64,000 nt of DNA from Vicinamibacterales bacterium (GCA_035575695.1 DATLXP010000078.1:1838-65837); one strand, 5' to 3'; shown: positions 10,795-18,996, counted from the stretch's first letter. Translations and numbers: made by a program. The notes: generated from the sequence alone by a model not told the origin.

Positions 10795-10797
10795 GGC

Positions 10798-11139
10798 CTA
10801 CGCTCCGAAGCTTTTGACGGCGCTCGGCTCATCGGGGTGCACCTCGATGAAATTCTGCGCGCCGGTCATCGTCAGCATCGTCTCGACGCGCTTCTGCACG
10901 CCAGCGAGTTTGAGGGCGCCACCGGCCGCGGCGGCCTGGCGGTACAGGTCCATCAGGCAGCCGATCGTCGCGCTGTCGACATAGCCGACGGCGCTGAGGT
11001 CCACGATGACCTTGCGCTCTCCGGCGGCGATCAACTGGGTGACGACCGTGGAGAACTCGGACAGCAACGGGTACATCAGCCGGGATTCGCCGACGCGGAC
11101 GATCGCGAGGCCGTTGGCGTGTTCAGTATTGAGATTCAT
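10798..11139 (-). CDS. STAS-domain anti-sigma-factor antagonist (SpoIIAA/RsbV-like)
   Basis: 113 aa. VIVDLSAVGYVDSATIGCL...LKLAGVQKRV matches the STAS fold and phospho-serine region. Its start overlaps the sigma stop (ATGA at 11136-11139). Confidence 0.8.
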   Translation of the reverse strand: MNLNTEHANGLAIVRVGESRLMYPLLSEFSTVVTQLIAAGERKVIVDLSAVGYVDSATIGCLMDLYRQAAAAGGALKLAGVQKRVETMLTMTGAQNFIEVHPDEPSAVKSFGA

Positions 11140-11789
11140 TCGGACGCTCCGGAACGCCGGCCTGCCGTCCGCGCGGGTGCTCCGCGTCGGCGGCCCATTG
11201 CCGGTTGTTTATCCTGCAGCCGTTTCAGCTGCCGGGCGAGCTCGTGTCGACCCCGATTGATGCGTGACTTGACCGTGCCCTCAGGCAACTCGAGGCGGTC
11301 GGCGATTTCCTGATACGACAACTCCTGAAGGTCCCGCAACACCACCGCCGTCCGAAGGCTCACCGGCAACGTGTGGAGCGCCTGCTTCAGCATCTCCCGC
11401 AGGTCCTGGTGCTCGGCCGCCGCATACGGTGTTCGATCGCGCGATGCCGGTTGCAGGTCGGCCGTGTCCACGTCCCGCGCCATCGTCTGACGCTCCTTGC
11501 GCACGCTGCGGTAATGGTCGATGCACAGGTTGCGGCTGATACTGACGATCCAGGTCTGGAAATTCGCGCGCCGGTCGAAGGTCGCCAGCGCCTTGAAAAT
11601 CTTGAGGAAGATGTCCTGAGTAAGATCTTCCGCTTCCTCGTGCCTGCCCACGAACTTGTAGGCGACGTTGAATACCTTCCGCCAGTTCTGGCGGACGATC
11701 GCCTCCCACGCCACCTGATCACCGCTGAGACACTTCTCGATGAGGCTGTCGGGTGTCGCCGGTTGCGCGGCGCGAACATCAACGGACAT
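11136..11789 (-). CDS. ECF-type RNA polymerase sigma-70 family factor
   Basis: Region 2 (EDLTQDIFLKIF, FQTWIVSISRNLCIDHYR) and region 4 (LQELSYQEIADRLELPEGTVKSRINRGR). Confidence 0.85.
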   Translation of the reverse strand: MSVDVRAAQPATPDSLIEKCLSGDQVAWEAIVRQNWRKVFNVAYKFVGRHEEAEDLTQDIFLKIFKALATFDRRANFQTWIVSISRNLCIDHYRSVRKERQTMARDVDTADLQPASRDRTPYAAAEHQDLREMLKQALHTLPVSLRTAVVLRDLQELSYQEIADRLELPEGTVKSRINRGRHELARQLKRLQDKQPAMGRRRGAPARTAGRRSGASE

Positions 11790-11824
11790 GCGTCATCTGT
11801 AACTTCTGGCGGGAAACCATCGGC

Positions 11825-11854
11825 ATGATACCAAACGGCGTGCCGCGGTGCCAA
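11825..11854 (-). promoter_or_regulatory. Sigma-70-type promoter candidate for the ECF-sigma operon (TTGGCA - 18 nt - TATCAT, read on the minus strand)
   Basis: The reverse complement of 11849-11854 is TTGGCA and of 11825-11830 is TATCAT, preceded by TGG (extended -10-like). It sits about 30 nt upstream of the ATG at 11789. Confidence 0.3.
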
Positions 11855-11873
11855 GGAACCCGGATGCCATCAG

Positions 11874-11930
11874 ACCGATGGACCGATGGACCGATGGGCC
11901 GATGAGCCGATGAGCCGATAAACCGATAAG
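11874..11930. repeat. 8-bp tandem repeat array, 7 units (ACCGATGG x3, GCCGATGA x2, GCCGATAA, ACCGATAA)
   Basis: CCGAT recurs at exactly 8-nt spacing (11875, 11883 ... 11923). The unit is the reverse complement of the unit in the 39965-40078 array. Confidence 0.85.
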
Positions 11931-11943
11931 ATATGAGCTCATC

Positions 11944-13185
11944 GTGACAGGATTTTTTCGACAGCAGGGCAGCCTGACATGTGACGGCGTGTCGCTCACA
12001 GGCATCGCGTCGGCCGAAGGCACCCCCGTCTACGTCTACAGCGCAGCGACGATCATCGAGCGGTATCGCGCGATTGACGACGCGTTTGGCGCCTACCCCC
12101 ACTCACTCCACTACGCCCTGAAGGCGAACTCCACGCTGGCCATCTCGCGGCTGCTGCGGTCGCTGGGCGCCGGCGCGGACGCGAACTCGGGGGGCGAGAT
12201 CGACGTGGCCCTGCGGGCGGGGTTCATTCCACCCCAGATCGTGTTCACAGGTGTCGGGAAGACCCCCGCCGAGCTCGCGCAGGCGATCGACCTGGGCGTC
12301 ATGACGATCAATGCCGAGTCGTCCGGCGAGATCGAACGCATCGACGCGATCGCTTCCGCCAAGGACACACGCGCGCGAGTGGCGCTCCGGGTGAACCCCG
12401 ACATCGACGCGAAGAGCCACCCCCACATCTCGACGGGCCTCAAGACGAACAAGTTCGGCATGCCGATCGCGGCCGTCAAAGATCTCTGCCGGCGATTCGC
12501 CGGCTCGAGCGGCGTGGCCATCGTCGGGCTTCATATCCACGTGGGATCGCAGATCACCGATCTGCAGCCCCTGCGAACCGCCGGGGAGGCGATCGTTGCG
12601 CTGGCCCGCGAGCTGCGCGACGTCGGGGTCGAGATAGACCACGTCGACCTTGGCGGCGGCCTGGGGGTGTCGTACGACGGCTCCCCCGTGCCGACGGCGC
12701 AGGAGTATGCCGATGCGCTGCTTCCGGTCGTACAGAACTCAGGACTCCACCTGGTCCTCGAACCGGGTCGCAACATCGTCGCCCCTGCCGGCGTGCTCGT
12801 GTCTCGCGTGGTTGACGTGAAGGACCAGCCGGGCGGAAAGCTGTTCGTCATCCTGGACGCCGGGATGACCGAGCTGATGCGCCCCATGCTGTATGGCGCG
12901 TATCACGCGATTGAAGCCGTGGAGGCTGGCGCCGGCGCACATGTCCTCTGCGATGTCGTCGGCCCGCTCTGCGAGAGCAGCGACACGCTTGGGAAGGATC
13001 GGCAGCTGGCGAGGCCAGAGGTCGGAGACCTGATGGCGATCCGGGATACCGGGGCCTACGCCGCCGTGATGGCGTCGAACTACAACCGTCGAGGCCTGTC
13101 GCCCGAGGTCCTCGTGGACGACGGCCGCTGGAGCGTGATCCGCCGTCGCCAGACGATCGACGACCTTCTGGCGCTCGAAACCTAG
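11944..13185 (+). CDS. lysA: Diaminopimelate decarboxylase
   Basis: 413 aa, GTG start. YALKANS (PLP lysine), HIHVGSQ, DLGGGLGV and CESSD motifs of fold-III PLP decarboxylases, collinear with LysA. Confidence 0.93.
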   Translation: MTGFFRQQGSLTCDGVSLTGIASAEGTPVYVYSAATIIERYRAIDDAFGAYPHSLHYALKANSTLAISRLLRSLGAGADANSGGEIDVALRAGFIPPQIVFTGVGKTPAELAQAIDLGVMTINAESSGEIERIDAIASAKDTRARVALRVNPDIDAKSHPHISTGLKTNKFGMPIAAVKDLCRRFAGSSGVAIVGLHIHVGSQITDLQPLRTAGEAIVALARELRDVGVEIDHVDLGGGLGVSYDGSPVPTAQEYADALLPVVQNSGLHLVLEPGRNIVAPAGVLVSRVVDVKDQPGGKLFVILDAGMTELMRPMLYGAYHAIEAVEAGAGAHVLCDVVGPLCESSDTLGKDRQLARPEVGDLMAIRDTGAYAAVMASNYNRRGLSPEVLVDDGRWSVIRRRQTIDDLLALET

Positions 13186-13187
13186 CG

Positions 13188-13781
13188 ATGCGCGGGCTCC
13201 TCATCGCCTTCGAAGGGCTCGACCAGAGTGGCAAGCAGACCCAGGCGGAAGGGCTCAGGGACCATGTCGCGTCGATCGGCCGCGCCACGCGGCTGCTGTC
13301 ATTCCCCGACTACGCCACGGCGATCGGCGGTGAGATATCGCGCGCGCTTCACGGCGAGCGCGAGTACGCCGCCGACACGCTGCAGCTCCTGTACGTGGCA
13401 AACCGGTACGAGCATCGGCAGACGCTCGAATCACTGCTCGCCGCAGGCACGGTGATCGTCTGCGACCGTTACCTCGCGTCGAGCATCGCCTACGGCGAGG
13501 CGCAAGGGCTCGACCTCGCGTGGCTTGCCGAGATCCAGCGGTTCCTGCCGCGCCCGGATCTCACGATCGTCCTCGACATCGCGCCTGAAACCGCGGTGCG
13601 GCGCAAGTCATCCAACCGCGACCGGTACGAGCGCGACCTCGCCCTGCTGTCACGCGTCCGGGAGAGCTACCGCCGGCAGAGCGAACAGTCCGGTTGGACC
13701 CGTGTCGAGGGGGAGCGGCCGAAGGCGGCTGTATCGGCCGACGTCATCAGGGCAGTTTCGACGCTGCTCGCGCTGCCGTAA
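13188..13781 (+). CDS. tmk: dTMP (thymidylate) kinase
   Basis: N-terminal P-loop IAFEGLDQSGKQTQ and DRY motif (CDRYLASSIAYG). Confidence 0.85.
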   Translation: MRGLLIAFEGLDQSGKQTQAEGLRDHVASIGRATRLLSFPDYATAIGGEISRALHGEREYAADTLQLLYVANRYEHRQTLESLLAAGTVIVCDRYLASSIAYGEAQGLDLAWLAEIQRFLPRPDLTIVLDIAPETAVRRKSSNRDRYERDLALLSRVRESYRRQSEQSGWTRVEGERPKAAVSADVIRAVSTLLALP

Positions 13782-14475
13782 GCGCGCGCACCTCGCGCGC
13801 CCCCGCGGCGAGCAACACACGGGCGCAGGCGTCGAGCGTTGCGCCGGTCGTGCTGATATCGTCAATCACCACCACCACCGCATCACGCAGGCGCGCCCGA
13901 ACGACACCCGGAACAGCGAACGCATCGCGGACGTTACGGTGACGCTCCGCTTCCGGCAGGTCGGTCTGCGTGGCGGTCGCACGCGTCCGTCGCAACGCGT
14001 CGAGCACGGGCGGCCCGACGTGAACCGCCAGTTCCCTGGCCTGGTTGAAGCCGCGCTGATACCGGCGGACGAAATGCAGGGGCACGGGCACGACGAAATT
14101 GGAGCCCTCGAGCACACCGTTGCCTGAGGCGGCCATCAGGCGCCCCAGGGGACGAGCAACGGACCGTCGCCCCCTGTACTTGAGCGCGTGAAGGATGTCG
14201 CGCAGGGATCCTTCGTAGGGTGCGATAGCCCGTGCACAGGTGACGATTCGAGGGAGCCGCCGGCAGCGTATGCACTGGCGCGTGTCGGCGCCTTCGGATC
14301 GTCATGACGGCAGTGAATCACCGCACGTGTCGCAGAGAGGATCGCTGAGGGGACGGACGGCGGCCCAGCAGGCCTGGCAGACGGCGCCCCGTGAAGGAAA
14401 GTCGAGCGGCTGTAGGCACGCCGCACAGGAGGGCGCGAAGACCACCGCCATCGCCGCGTCGGCGCAGCGGGCCAT
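13747..14475 (-). pseudogene. comF: ComF-family protein (phosphoribosyltransferase-like competence protein) interrupted by an in-frame TGA
   Basis: The N-terminal zinc-finger part (CAACLQPL...CQACW...CDTCGDSLPS) and the C-terminal PRT part (AIAPYEGSLRDILHALKYRG...VVVVIDDISTTGATL) are in the same frame. A single TGA at 14302-14304 (minus strand) separates them. Confidence 0.7.
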
Positions 14476-14509
14476 CAGGCGTTCCGCCGTCACGCCCGCC
14501 GTCCCGTTC

Positions 14510-15016
14510 CTAGGCGCGCGGGGTTTTCTCGCTCGCCGGGTCGTCGTTGACTTCGATCCGCTCGGCATCTCCCCACAGCCGCTCCAGGGAGTAGAAGGTC
14601 CGTGTCTGCGGCGTAAACACGTGCACGACGAAGGTGAAGAAGTCCATCAGGATCCAATCGGCGCGGTCGTACCCCTCGACATGCGACGGGCGCACGCCTC
14701 CGGCGCGGAGCGCCTCTTCCACGGCGTCGGCGATGGCCTTCACCTGCCGTTGACTGTTGCCTGAACACAGGATGAAGAAATCAGTGAACGCGGGCGCCTC
14801 GCGCAGATCGAGCACGACGACGTCCATGGCTTTCTTGTCGAGGGCAGCCCGCACCGCCTTCGACACTTCGGCCGTGAGCTTCTTTCCACGCTTCGCCTTC
14901 TTGCCGTTCTTCTCGGTCTTGTCGTTTTTGTCGGGGGAGTCCGCTGAGGCCCGCCGGACCTTCACGCGCGCTCGCTCCGTGGTCACGTTCGTTGTCTTCG
15001 CGTCAGTTTTAGCCAT
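14510..15016 (-). CDS. rsfS: Ribosome silencing factor RsfS with Lys-rich N-terminal extension
   Basis: C-terminal AMDVVVLDL...FFILCSGNSQRQVKAIA...DWILMDFFTFVVHVF matches RsfS/IojAP. ATG at 15016 is chosen because the longer ORF overlaps nadD. Confidence 0.85.
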   Translation of the reverse strand: MAKTDAKTTNVTTERARVKVRRASADSPDKNDKTEKNGKKAKRGKKLTAEVSKAVRAALDKKAMDVVVLDLREAPAFTDFFILCSGNSQRQVKAIADAVEEALRAGGVRPSHVEGYDRADWILMDFFTFVVHVFTPQTRTFYSLERLWGDAERIEVNDDPASEKTPRA

Positions 15017-15710
15017 GCAAATGGTCCGCCGTGGAAGTGGTGAGCGGCTGGTGCACGTAGAGATCGTGCTGCCGGATATGGTGCTCGATCGCCGCGGGAA
15101 CGAGACCGTGAAGCGGGAGCGCGGCCCGAAGGCGGCGACGGATCTCCGTCGAGGAGGCGTCCGTCGTCGGCGCATCCACCAGAAAGATTGAGGTTTCGAC
15201 CCCCGCCGCATCGGGCGTCGTGCGTCGAAGCGGAAGACGCATGCGGTTCTTCAGAGTGGGAAGGCGCTGCCTGAGCGTCGCAACGGATACGCCTGGCCTG
15301 GAGACCACAACGAAGTTCGCCAGGTGCAGAACGTCGGGAAACCGGCTCCACGTTTCAATTTCTGCAAATGCGTCGGCGCCTGTGATGAAGAAAACCTGCG
15401 ACGCCTGAAGGCCAAGCGCCTCGCGTATGCGGACCAGTGTGTCGGCCGTGTAGGACGGGCCAGGAGTCGTGAGCTCGATATCGCTGACGCTCAGACCCTC
15501 GACATCGTTGACGGCCAGCGCCGCCATGGCAAACCGATGGAACGGTGACGCGAAAGGCTGCTGGGACCGGTGCGGAGGCACTCGCGAGGGCATGACGATG
15601 ACCTGATCGAGGCCGAGCGCTTCGCGTGCGGCAAGCGCCGTGTCCAGATGACCGAAGTGAATCGGATCGAGCGTGCCCCCGAGGATGCCGATGCGAGCGG
15701 CCGCGTTCAT
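15009..15710 (-). CDS. nadD: Nicotinate-nucleotide adenylyltransferase
   Basis: GILGGTLDPIHFGH (the (H/T)xGH motif) and a downstream ITGADAF segment, in the conserved obg-nadD-rsfS context. Confidence 0.9.
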   Translation of the reverse strand: MNAAARIGILGGTLDPIHFGHLDTALAAREALGLDQVIVMPSRVPPHRSQQPFASPFHRFAMAALAVNDVEGLSVSDIELTTPGPSYTADTLVRIREALGLQASQVFFITGADAFAEIETWSRFPDVLHLANFVVVSRPGVSVATLRQRLPTLKNRMRLPLRRTTPDAAGVETSIFLVDAPTTDASSTEIRRRLRAALPLHGLVPAAIEHHIRQHDLYVHQPLTTSTADHLHG

Positions 15711-16783
15711 TCAGGGAGAAGGTTGGCGTCAGTGTCCACGGACATCGAGACCGTCGTGTCGCGCGCCGCGGCGACTTCGCGCCACACCGCTTCGAGCAGC
15801 GCCGGCAACCCTTCGCCGGCCGCAGCAGACACAGGGTAGAGCGGAACCCCCTGCGTGAGCAAATGCTCGCGCAGCCGGTCGAGCCGTTCCGGCTCGTCGA
15901 GCGCATCGATCTTGTTAGCGGCGACGAGGACCGGTTTCTCGGCGAGCCGTTCGCCGGTCGCGTCGCGCCCGGGGAACAGCTCGAGCTCGCGCTTGATGAT
16001 TTCGTAGTCCTCCACGGCGTCGCGTCCACTGACCGACGAGACGTCCACGAGATGCACGAGCACCTTAGTCCGCTCGAGGTGGCTGAGGAAGCGGTGACCG
16101 AGCCCATGGCCCGAATGCGCCCCTTCGATGAGCCCGGGTACATCGGCGACCACGAAGCTGCGGTCATCGGTGAGTCCGACGACGCCGAGGTTTGGCACGA
16201 GCGTGGTGAACGGGTAATCGGCGATCTTGGGACGCGCGGCGGAAATGCGGGAGATCAGCGTCGACTTGCCGGCGTTCGGGAAGCCCACGAGGCCAACGTC
16301 GGCCAGGAGCTTGAGATGGAGCCTGAGATCTTTTTCCTCACCGGGCAAGCCCGGTTGCGTCTTGCGCGGCGCGCGATTGGTGGAGGTGGCGAAGGTCGAG
16401 TTGCCATGACCGCCGAGCCCCCCCTTGGCAATGAGGAGGCGTGCCCCCTCCGTCGCGAGGTCGGCAACCTTGACGTACTCGTCGCCGCGCTTTTCGTAGA
16501 TGATCGTGCCGATCGGGATGAGCAGCTCGATGTCCGAGCCGGTCTTGCCGGTGCGGTTCGAGCCCTCACCGTGCGCGCCTCGGCCCGCTTCGAAAATCTT
16601 CTGGAAACGAAAATTGAGGAGGGTATTGAGGTTGGCGTGGGCGACGAGGTACACCGAGCCGCCCGGTCCACCATCGCCTCCGTTCGGGCCGCCTCGGGGG
16701 ACGAATTTTTCCCGGCGGAAGCTCATCGCTCCGCGGCCGCCGTGTCCGGCGGCCACGTGGATCTCTACTTCATCTACAAACAT
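15707..16783 (-). CDS. obg: GTPase Obg/CgtA
   Basis: N-terminal MFVDEVEIHVAAGHGGRGAMSFRREKF...GGPNGGDGG Obg fold, plus G-domain motifs GFPNAGKST, DVPGLIEGA and NKID. Confidence 0.95.
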   Translation of the reverse strand: MFVDEVEIHVAAGHGGRGAMSFRREKFVPRGGPNGGDGGPGGSVYLVAHANLNTLLNFRFQKIFEAGRGAHGEGSNRTGKTGSDIELLIPIGTIIYEKRGDEYVKVADLATEGARLLIAKGGLGGHGNSTFATSTNRAPRKTQPGLPGEEKDLRLHLKLLADVGLVGFPNAGKSTLISRISAARPKIADYPFTTLVPNLGVVGLTDDRSFVVADVPGLIEGAHSGHGLGHRFLSHLERTKVLVHLVDVSSVSGRDAVEDYEIIKRELELFPGRDATGERLAEKPVLVAANKIDALDEPERLDRLREHLLTQGVPLYPVSAAAGEGLPALLEAVWREVAAARDTTVSMSVDTDANLLPE

Positions 16784-16823
16784 CTGATGGACGTAGTGCA
16801 GCCGTTCAGGGCGACGGTACCCC

Positions 16824-16874
16824 GGCAGGGCTGAAGCCCTGCGCTACGTACGCAAGCCCTGCACTACGTACGCG
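16824..16874. repeat. REP-like hairpin variant plus 20-bp tandem duplication
   Basis: Hairpin GCAGGGC-TGAA-GCCCTGC at 16825-16842 flanked by CTAC. AGCCCTGCGCTACGTACGCA (16835-16854) is followed by AGCCCTGCACTACGTACGCG (16855-16874). Lies between rpmA and obg. Confidence 0.7.
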
Positions 16875-16883
16875 GAGCGTGAA

Positions 16884-17153
16884 TTACTCGGCTTTCGCTT
16901 CAGCCGGGACGATGCTGATGGTGCGCCCGTGGGCGCCGTGATCGGCAAACTTCACACGGCCGGTGACCTTGGCGAACAACGTGTCGTCCTTGCCAAGACC
17001 GACGTTGAGGCCAGGGCTGAACTTTCGGCCGCGCTGGCGCACGAGAATCGAGCCCCCGCTGACGAGATTGCCGTCGAACTGCTTGACGCCCAGCCGCTGC
17101 GAATTACTGTCGCGGCCGTTCCTGGAGCTTCCCTGACCCTTTTTTGTAGCCAT
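16884..17153 (-). CDS. rpmA: 50S ribosomal protein L27
   Basis: [24 protein letters not shown]...GSILVRQRG is canonical L27. Confidence 0.95.
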   Translation of the reverse strand: MATKKGQGSSRNGRDSNSQRLGVKQFDGNLVSGGSILVRQRGRKFSPGLNVGLGKDDTLFAKVTGRVKFADHGAHGRTISIVPAEAKAE

Positions 17154-17155
17154 GG

Positions 17156-17470
17156 CTAGACCTCGATACCGGTCACGCGGATGCGCGTGTAGGTTGTGCG
17201 GTGCCCGGTCGTCTTGCGATACCCCTTGCGGCGACGCTTCTTGAACACGCGGATCTTGGGGCCGCGCTCTTCGCCGTCAACCACGCCGAGAACCTTGGCA
17301 TTGGCGACAAACGGCGCGCCCGCGAGCATTTCTCCGCCATCCTTCTCCAGGAACAGGACGCGGTCGATAGCGACCTCGGTCCCTGCTTCGGCATGGATGC
17401 GGTCGACGGTCACAACGGTGCCGGGAACGACCTTCAACTGCCGGCCGCCGCTCTGAATGATTGCGAACAC
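17156..17470 (-). CDS. rplU: 50S ribosomal protein L21
   Basis: GTG start at 17470 preceded by GGTGAGGA. (V)[13 protein letters not shown] is the canonical L21 N-terminus; the longer ORF start at 17572 is rejected. Confidence 0.9.
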   Translation of the reverse strand: MFAIIQSGGRQLKVVPGTVVTVDRIHAEAGTEVAIDRVLFLEKDGGEMLAGAPFVANAKVLGVVDGEERGPKIRVFKKRRRKGYRKTTGHRTTYTRIRVTGIEV

Positions 17471-17605
17471 TTTCCTCACCCTCTCGCCTACGCCAAAGGC
17501 TACGGCGGACACGCCGCACAAAGCCTCACAGCGCGGCCTTAATCGCTCAGTGCAAAGGAATAAGGGTAACACGCCGACCTATGGCACGGCAACCGGGAGA
17601 CGGTC

Positions 17606-17643
17606 GCCCGACCTGAGGGTCGGGCCTACAGGGGCGGGCCTAC
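17606..17643. repeat. REP-like hairpin (GCCCGACCTGAGGGTCGGGCCTAC) plus partial copy GGGCCTAC
   Basis: Full copy at 17606-17629. The partial copy at 17636-17643 contains the TAG stop (minus strand, 17640-17642) of the adjacent lipoprotein gene. Confidence 0.75.
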
Positions 17644-18491
17644 CTGAGCAGGATGCGGGTTCCGCGGATCTTCTGGGTGCTCAAAGCGCCGAGAAAATCT
17701 GGAAGGAGCTGGTCCATCAGCTCGAAGTATGACGCGAGGGCTGGTGTCGTCTGCTGCGAAGAATAGAGCACTTCGCGGCGATAGGTTTCCGAGTAAATCG
17801 TCGCTCCGGTGCGGCCGTCGATGAACACGAACTTCGGTTCGAGCACGAAGCCTTTGCGTTCTTTGTACGTGCGGGTCGGGATGACCTGGCGGCGACCCAG
17901 CTGGTCGTACACCTCGCGCTGCTCATTGACGAAGCCGGATGTCTGCTGCGGCGTGAACATCACCGTCCCGGTCACGATCAGCGGGCTCTCGTACTCCTCG
18001 CCCAGTTTTTTCCAGAACGCCGCGTCAGCAAAGATCCGGTCGAACTTCTCGAGGTCCTTCTTGGTTCGAACCGTCGAGCCCTCCTTGCTCGTGGGGCTCT
18101 TGGCTTCCTCGCCTGCCGGGGCCGCCGGTGGGGTGGCGGGAAGCGCGCCGGGCGTGGCCGGTGTCTCGGGGGCGGGGGTTGCCGCCGGCGCCGCCGCGGT
18201 CTTTGCTGCCTGTTCCCCCGCGAGCTGGACGAGTGGGAGCGGTTCGGCTTCGATGATGCGAAGGTTCGTCTTGCTCCTCAGCTGGCTGCGGAGGAGGCGA
18301 ACCGTCTCCATGTTCGCGTCGACGTCGTCGCTGCCACCGGAGATGAATCCTGCGACGAGCACACGGCGGAAGGCGGACACGTCGAGCTTCGCCTGGATCG
18401 GCGTTTCGATCGGCACCTCATAAAAATTGGTGCAGCCCGTCGCGCTGAGCAACGCGAGGCTAGCGATCGCGGCGGCGCTTCGTGCGGTCAT
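17640..18491 (-). CDS. Hypothetical lipoprotein with Ala/Pro-rich linker
   Basis: Signal peptide with lipobox LLSATGC. 283 aa, no recognisable family. Overlaps the upstream TPR gene by 32 nt, which suggests an operon. Confidence 0.6.
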   Translation of the reverse strand: MTARSAAAIASLALLSATGCTNFYEVPIETPIQAKLDVSAFRRVLVAGFISGGSDDVDANMETVRLLRSQLRSKTNLRIIEAEPLPLVQLAGEQAAKTAAAPAATPAPETPATPGALPATPPAAPAGEEAKSPTSKEGSTVRTKKDLEKFDRIFADAAFWKKLGEEYESPLIVTGTVMFTPQQTSGFVNEQREVYDQLGRRQVIPTRTYKERKGFVLEPKFVFIDGRTGATIYSETYRREVLYSSQQTTPALASYFELMDQLLPDFLGALSTQKIRGTRILLR

Positions 18492-18813
18492 TGATTTCTT
18501 TGAAGAGATCGTAGTTCTGGCGGATCGCGACGCTTTTCGGATCCAGTTTCAGCGCCCGCTGATAGGACTTGTCGGCGTCGTCGAAGCGGCCGTCGTGTTC
18601 GTAACCAATGGCGAGGTTGTTCCACGCCTGCGCGTAGGTGGGGTCGAGCTGCACCGCTTTTTCCCAGCGGTACGTGGCTTCTTTCCACAGGCCGTTCTGC
18701 GCGACCTTGATGCCGAATTCGACTTGTGCTTTGGAGTCCGAGCGGGCGTCCGCGCTGGCCGGTGGCGCGAAGGCCAGGATTGCCGCGAGCAGTGCAAGAG
18801 CGCGGAAAAACAT
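18460..18813 (-). CDS. Secreted tetratricopeptide-repeat (TPR) protein
   Basis: ATG at 18813 gives the signal peptide MFFRALALLAAILAFAPPASA. TPR-like AQAWNNLAIGYEHDGRFDDADKSYQRALKLDP. The longer ORF to 19086 would run through the repeat hairpin. Confidence 0.65.
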   Translation of the reverse strand: MFFRALALLAAILAFAPPASADARSDSKAQVEFGIKVAQNGLWKEATYRWEKAVQLDPTYAQAWNNLAIGYEHDGRFDDADKSYQRALKLDPKSVAIRQNYDLFKEINDRTKRRRDR

Positions 18814-18889
18814 CGCTAGTAAATTCACTATAGTCACGCGTTCCATGGCTCGCAACTGATTTCCCGAAGGAGTCGCCTCTCCGAACCTG

Positions 18890-18905
18890 AGCAATGGACG
18901 TACCA
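18890..18905 (-). promoter_or_regulatory. Sigma-54 (-24/-12) promoter candidate: TGGTACGTCCATTGCT
   Basis: The minus strand reads TGGTAC-N5-TTGCT with the exact GG-N10-GC spacing (consensus TGGCAC-N5-TTGCW), about 75 nt upstream of the TPR gene ATG at 18813. Confidence 0.4.
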
Positions 18906-18907
18906 CC

Positions 18908-18975
18908 CCCCTGAAGGGGACAGCCACCATTTCCGCTGCAACAGTTACGGCAATGGTGGCTGTCCCCTTCAGGGG
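18908..18975. repeat. Perfect 24-bp-stem inverted repeat of the GGGGACAGCCACC family
   Basis: CCCCTGAAGGGGACAGCCACCATT (18908-18931) pairs perfectly with AATGGTGGCTGTCCCCTTCAGGGG (18952-18975), with a 20-nt loop. Confidence 0.9.
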
Positions 18976-18996
18976 CGACGATCCGTCCTCTATAAT
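18968..18996 (+). promoter_or_regulatory. Sigma-70-type promoter candidate for dprA (TTCAGG - 17 nt - TATAAT)
   Basis: Perfect TATAAT at 18991-18996. The weak -35 TTCAGG at 18968-18973 is contributed by the right arm of the repeat hairpin. Confidence 0.35.

Noticed and set aside
14302-14304. The in-frame TGA in comF read as selenocysteine or a reassigned codon
   Set aside because: TGA terminates many clearly complete genes in this window. I could not find an obvious SECIS-like hairpin just downstream, and the position is not a redox Cys site of ComF. A nonsense mutation or sequencing error is more parsimonious.
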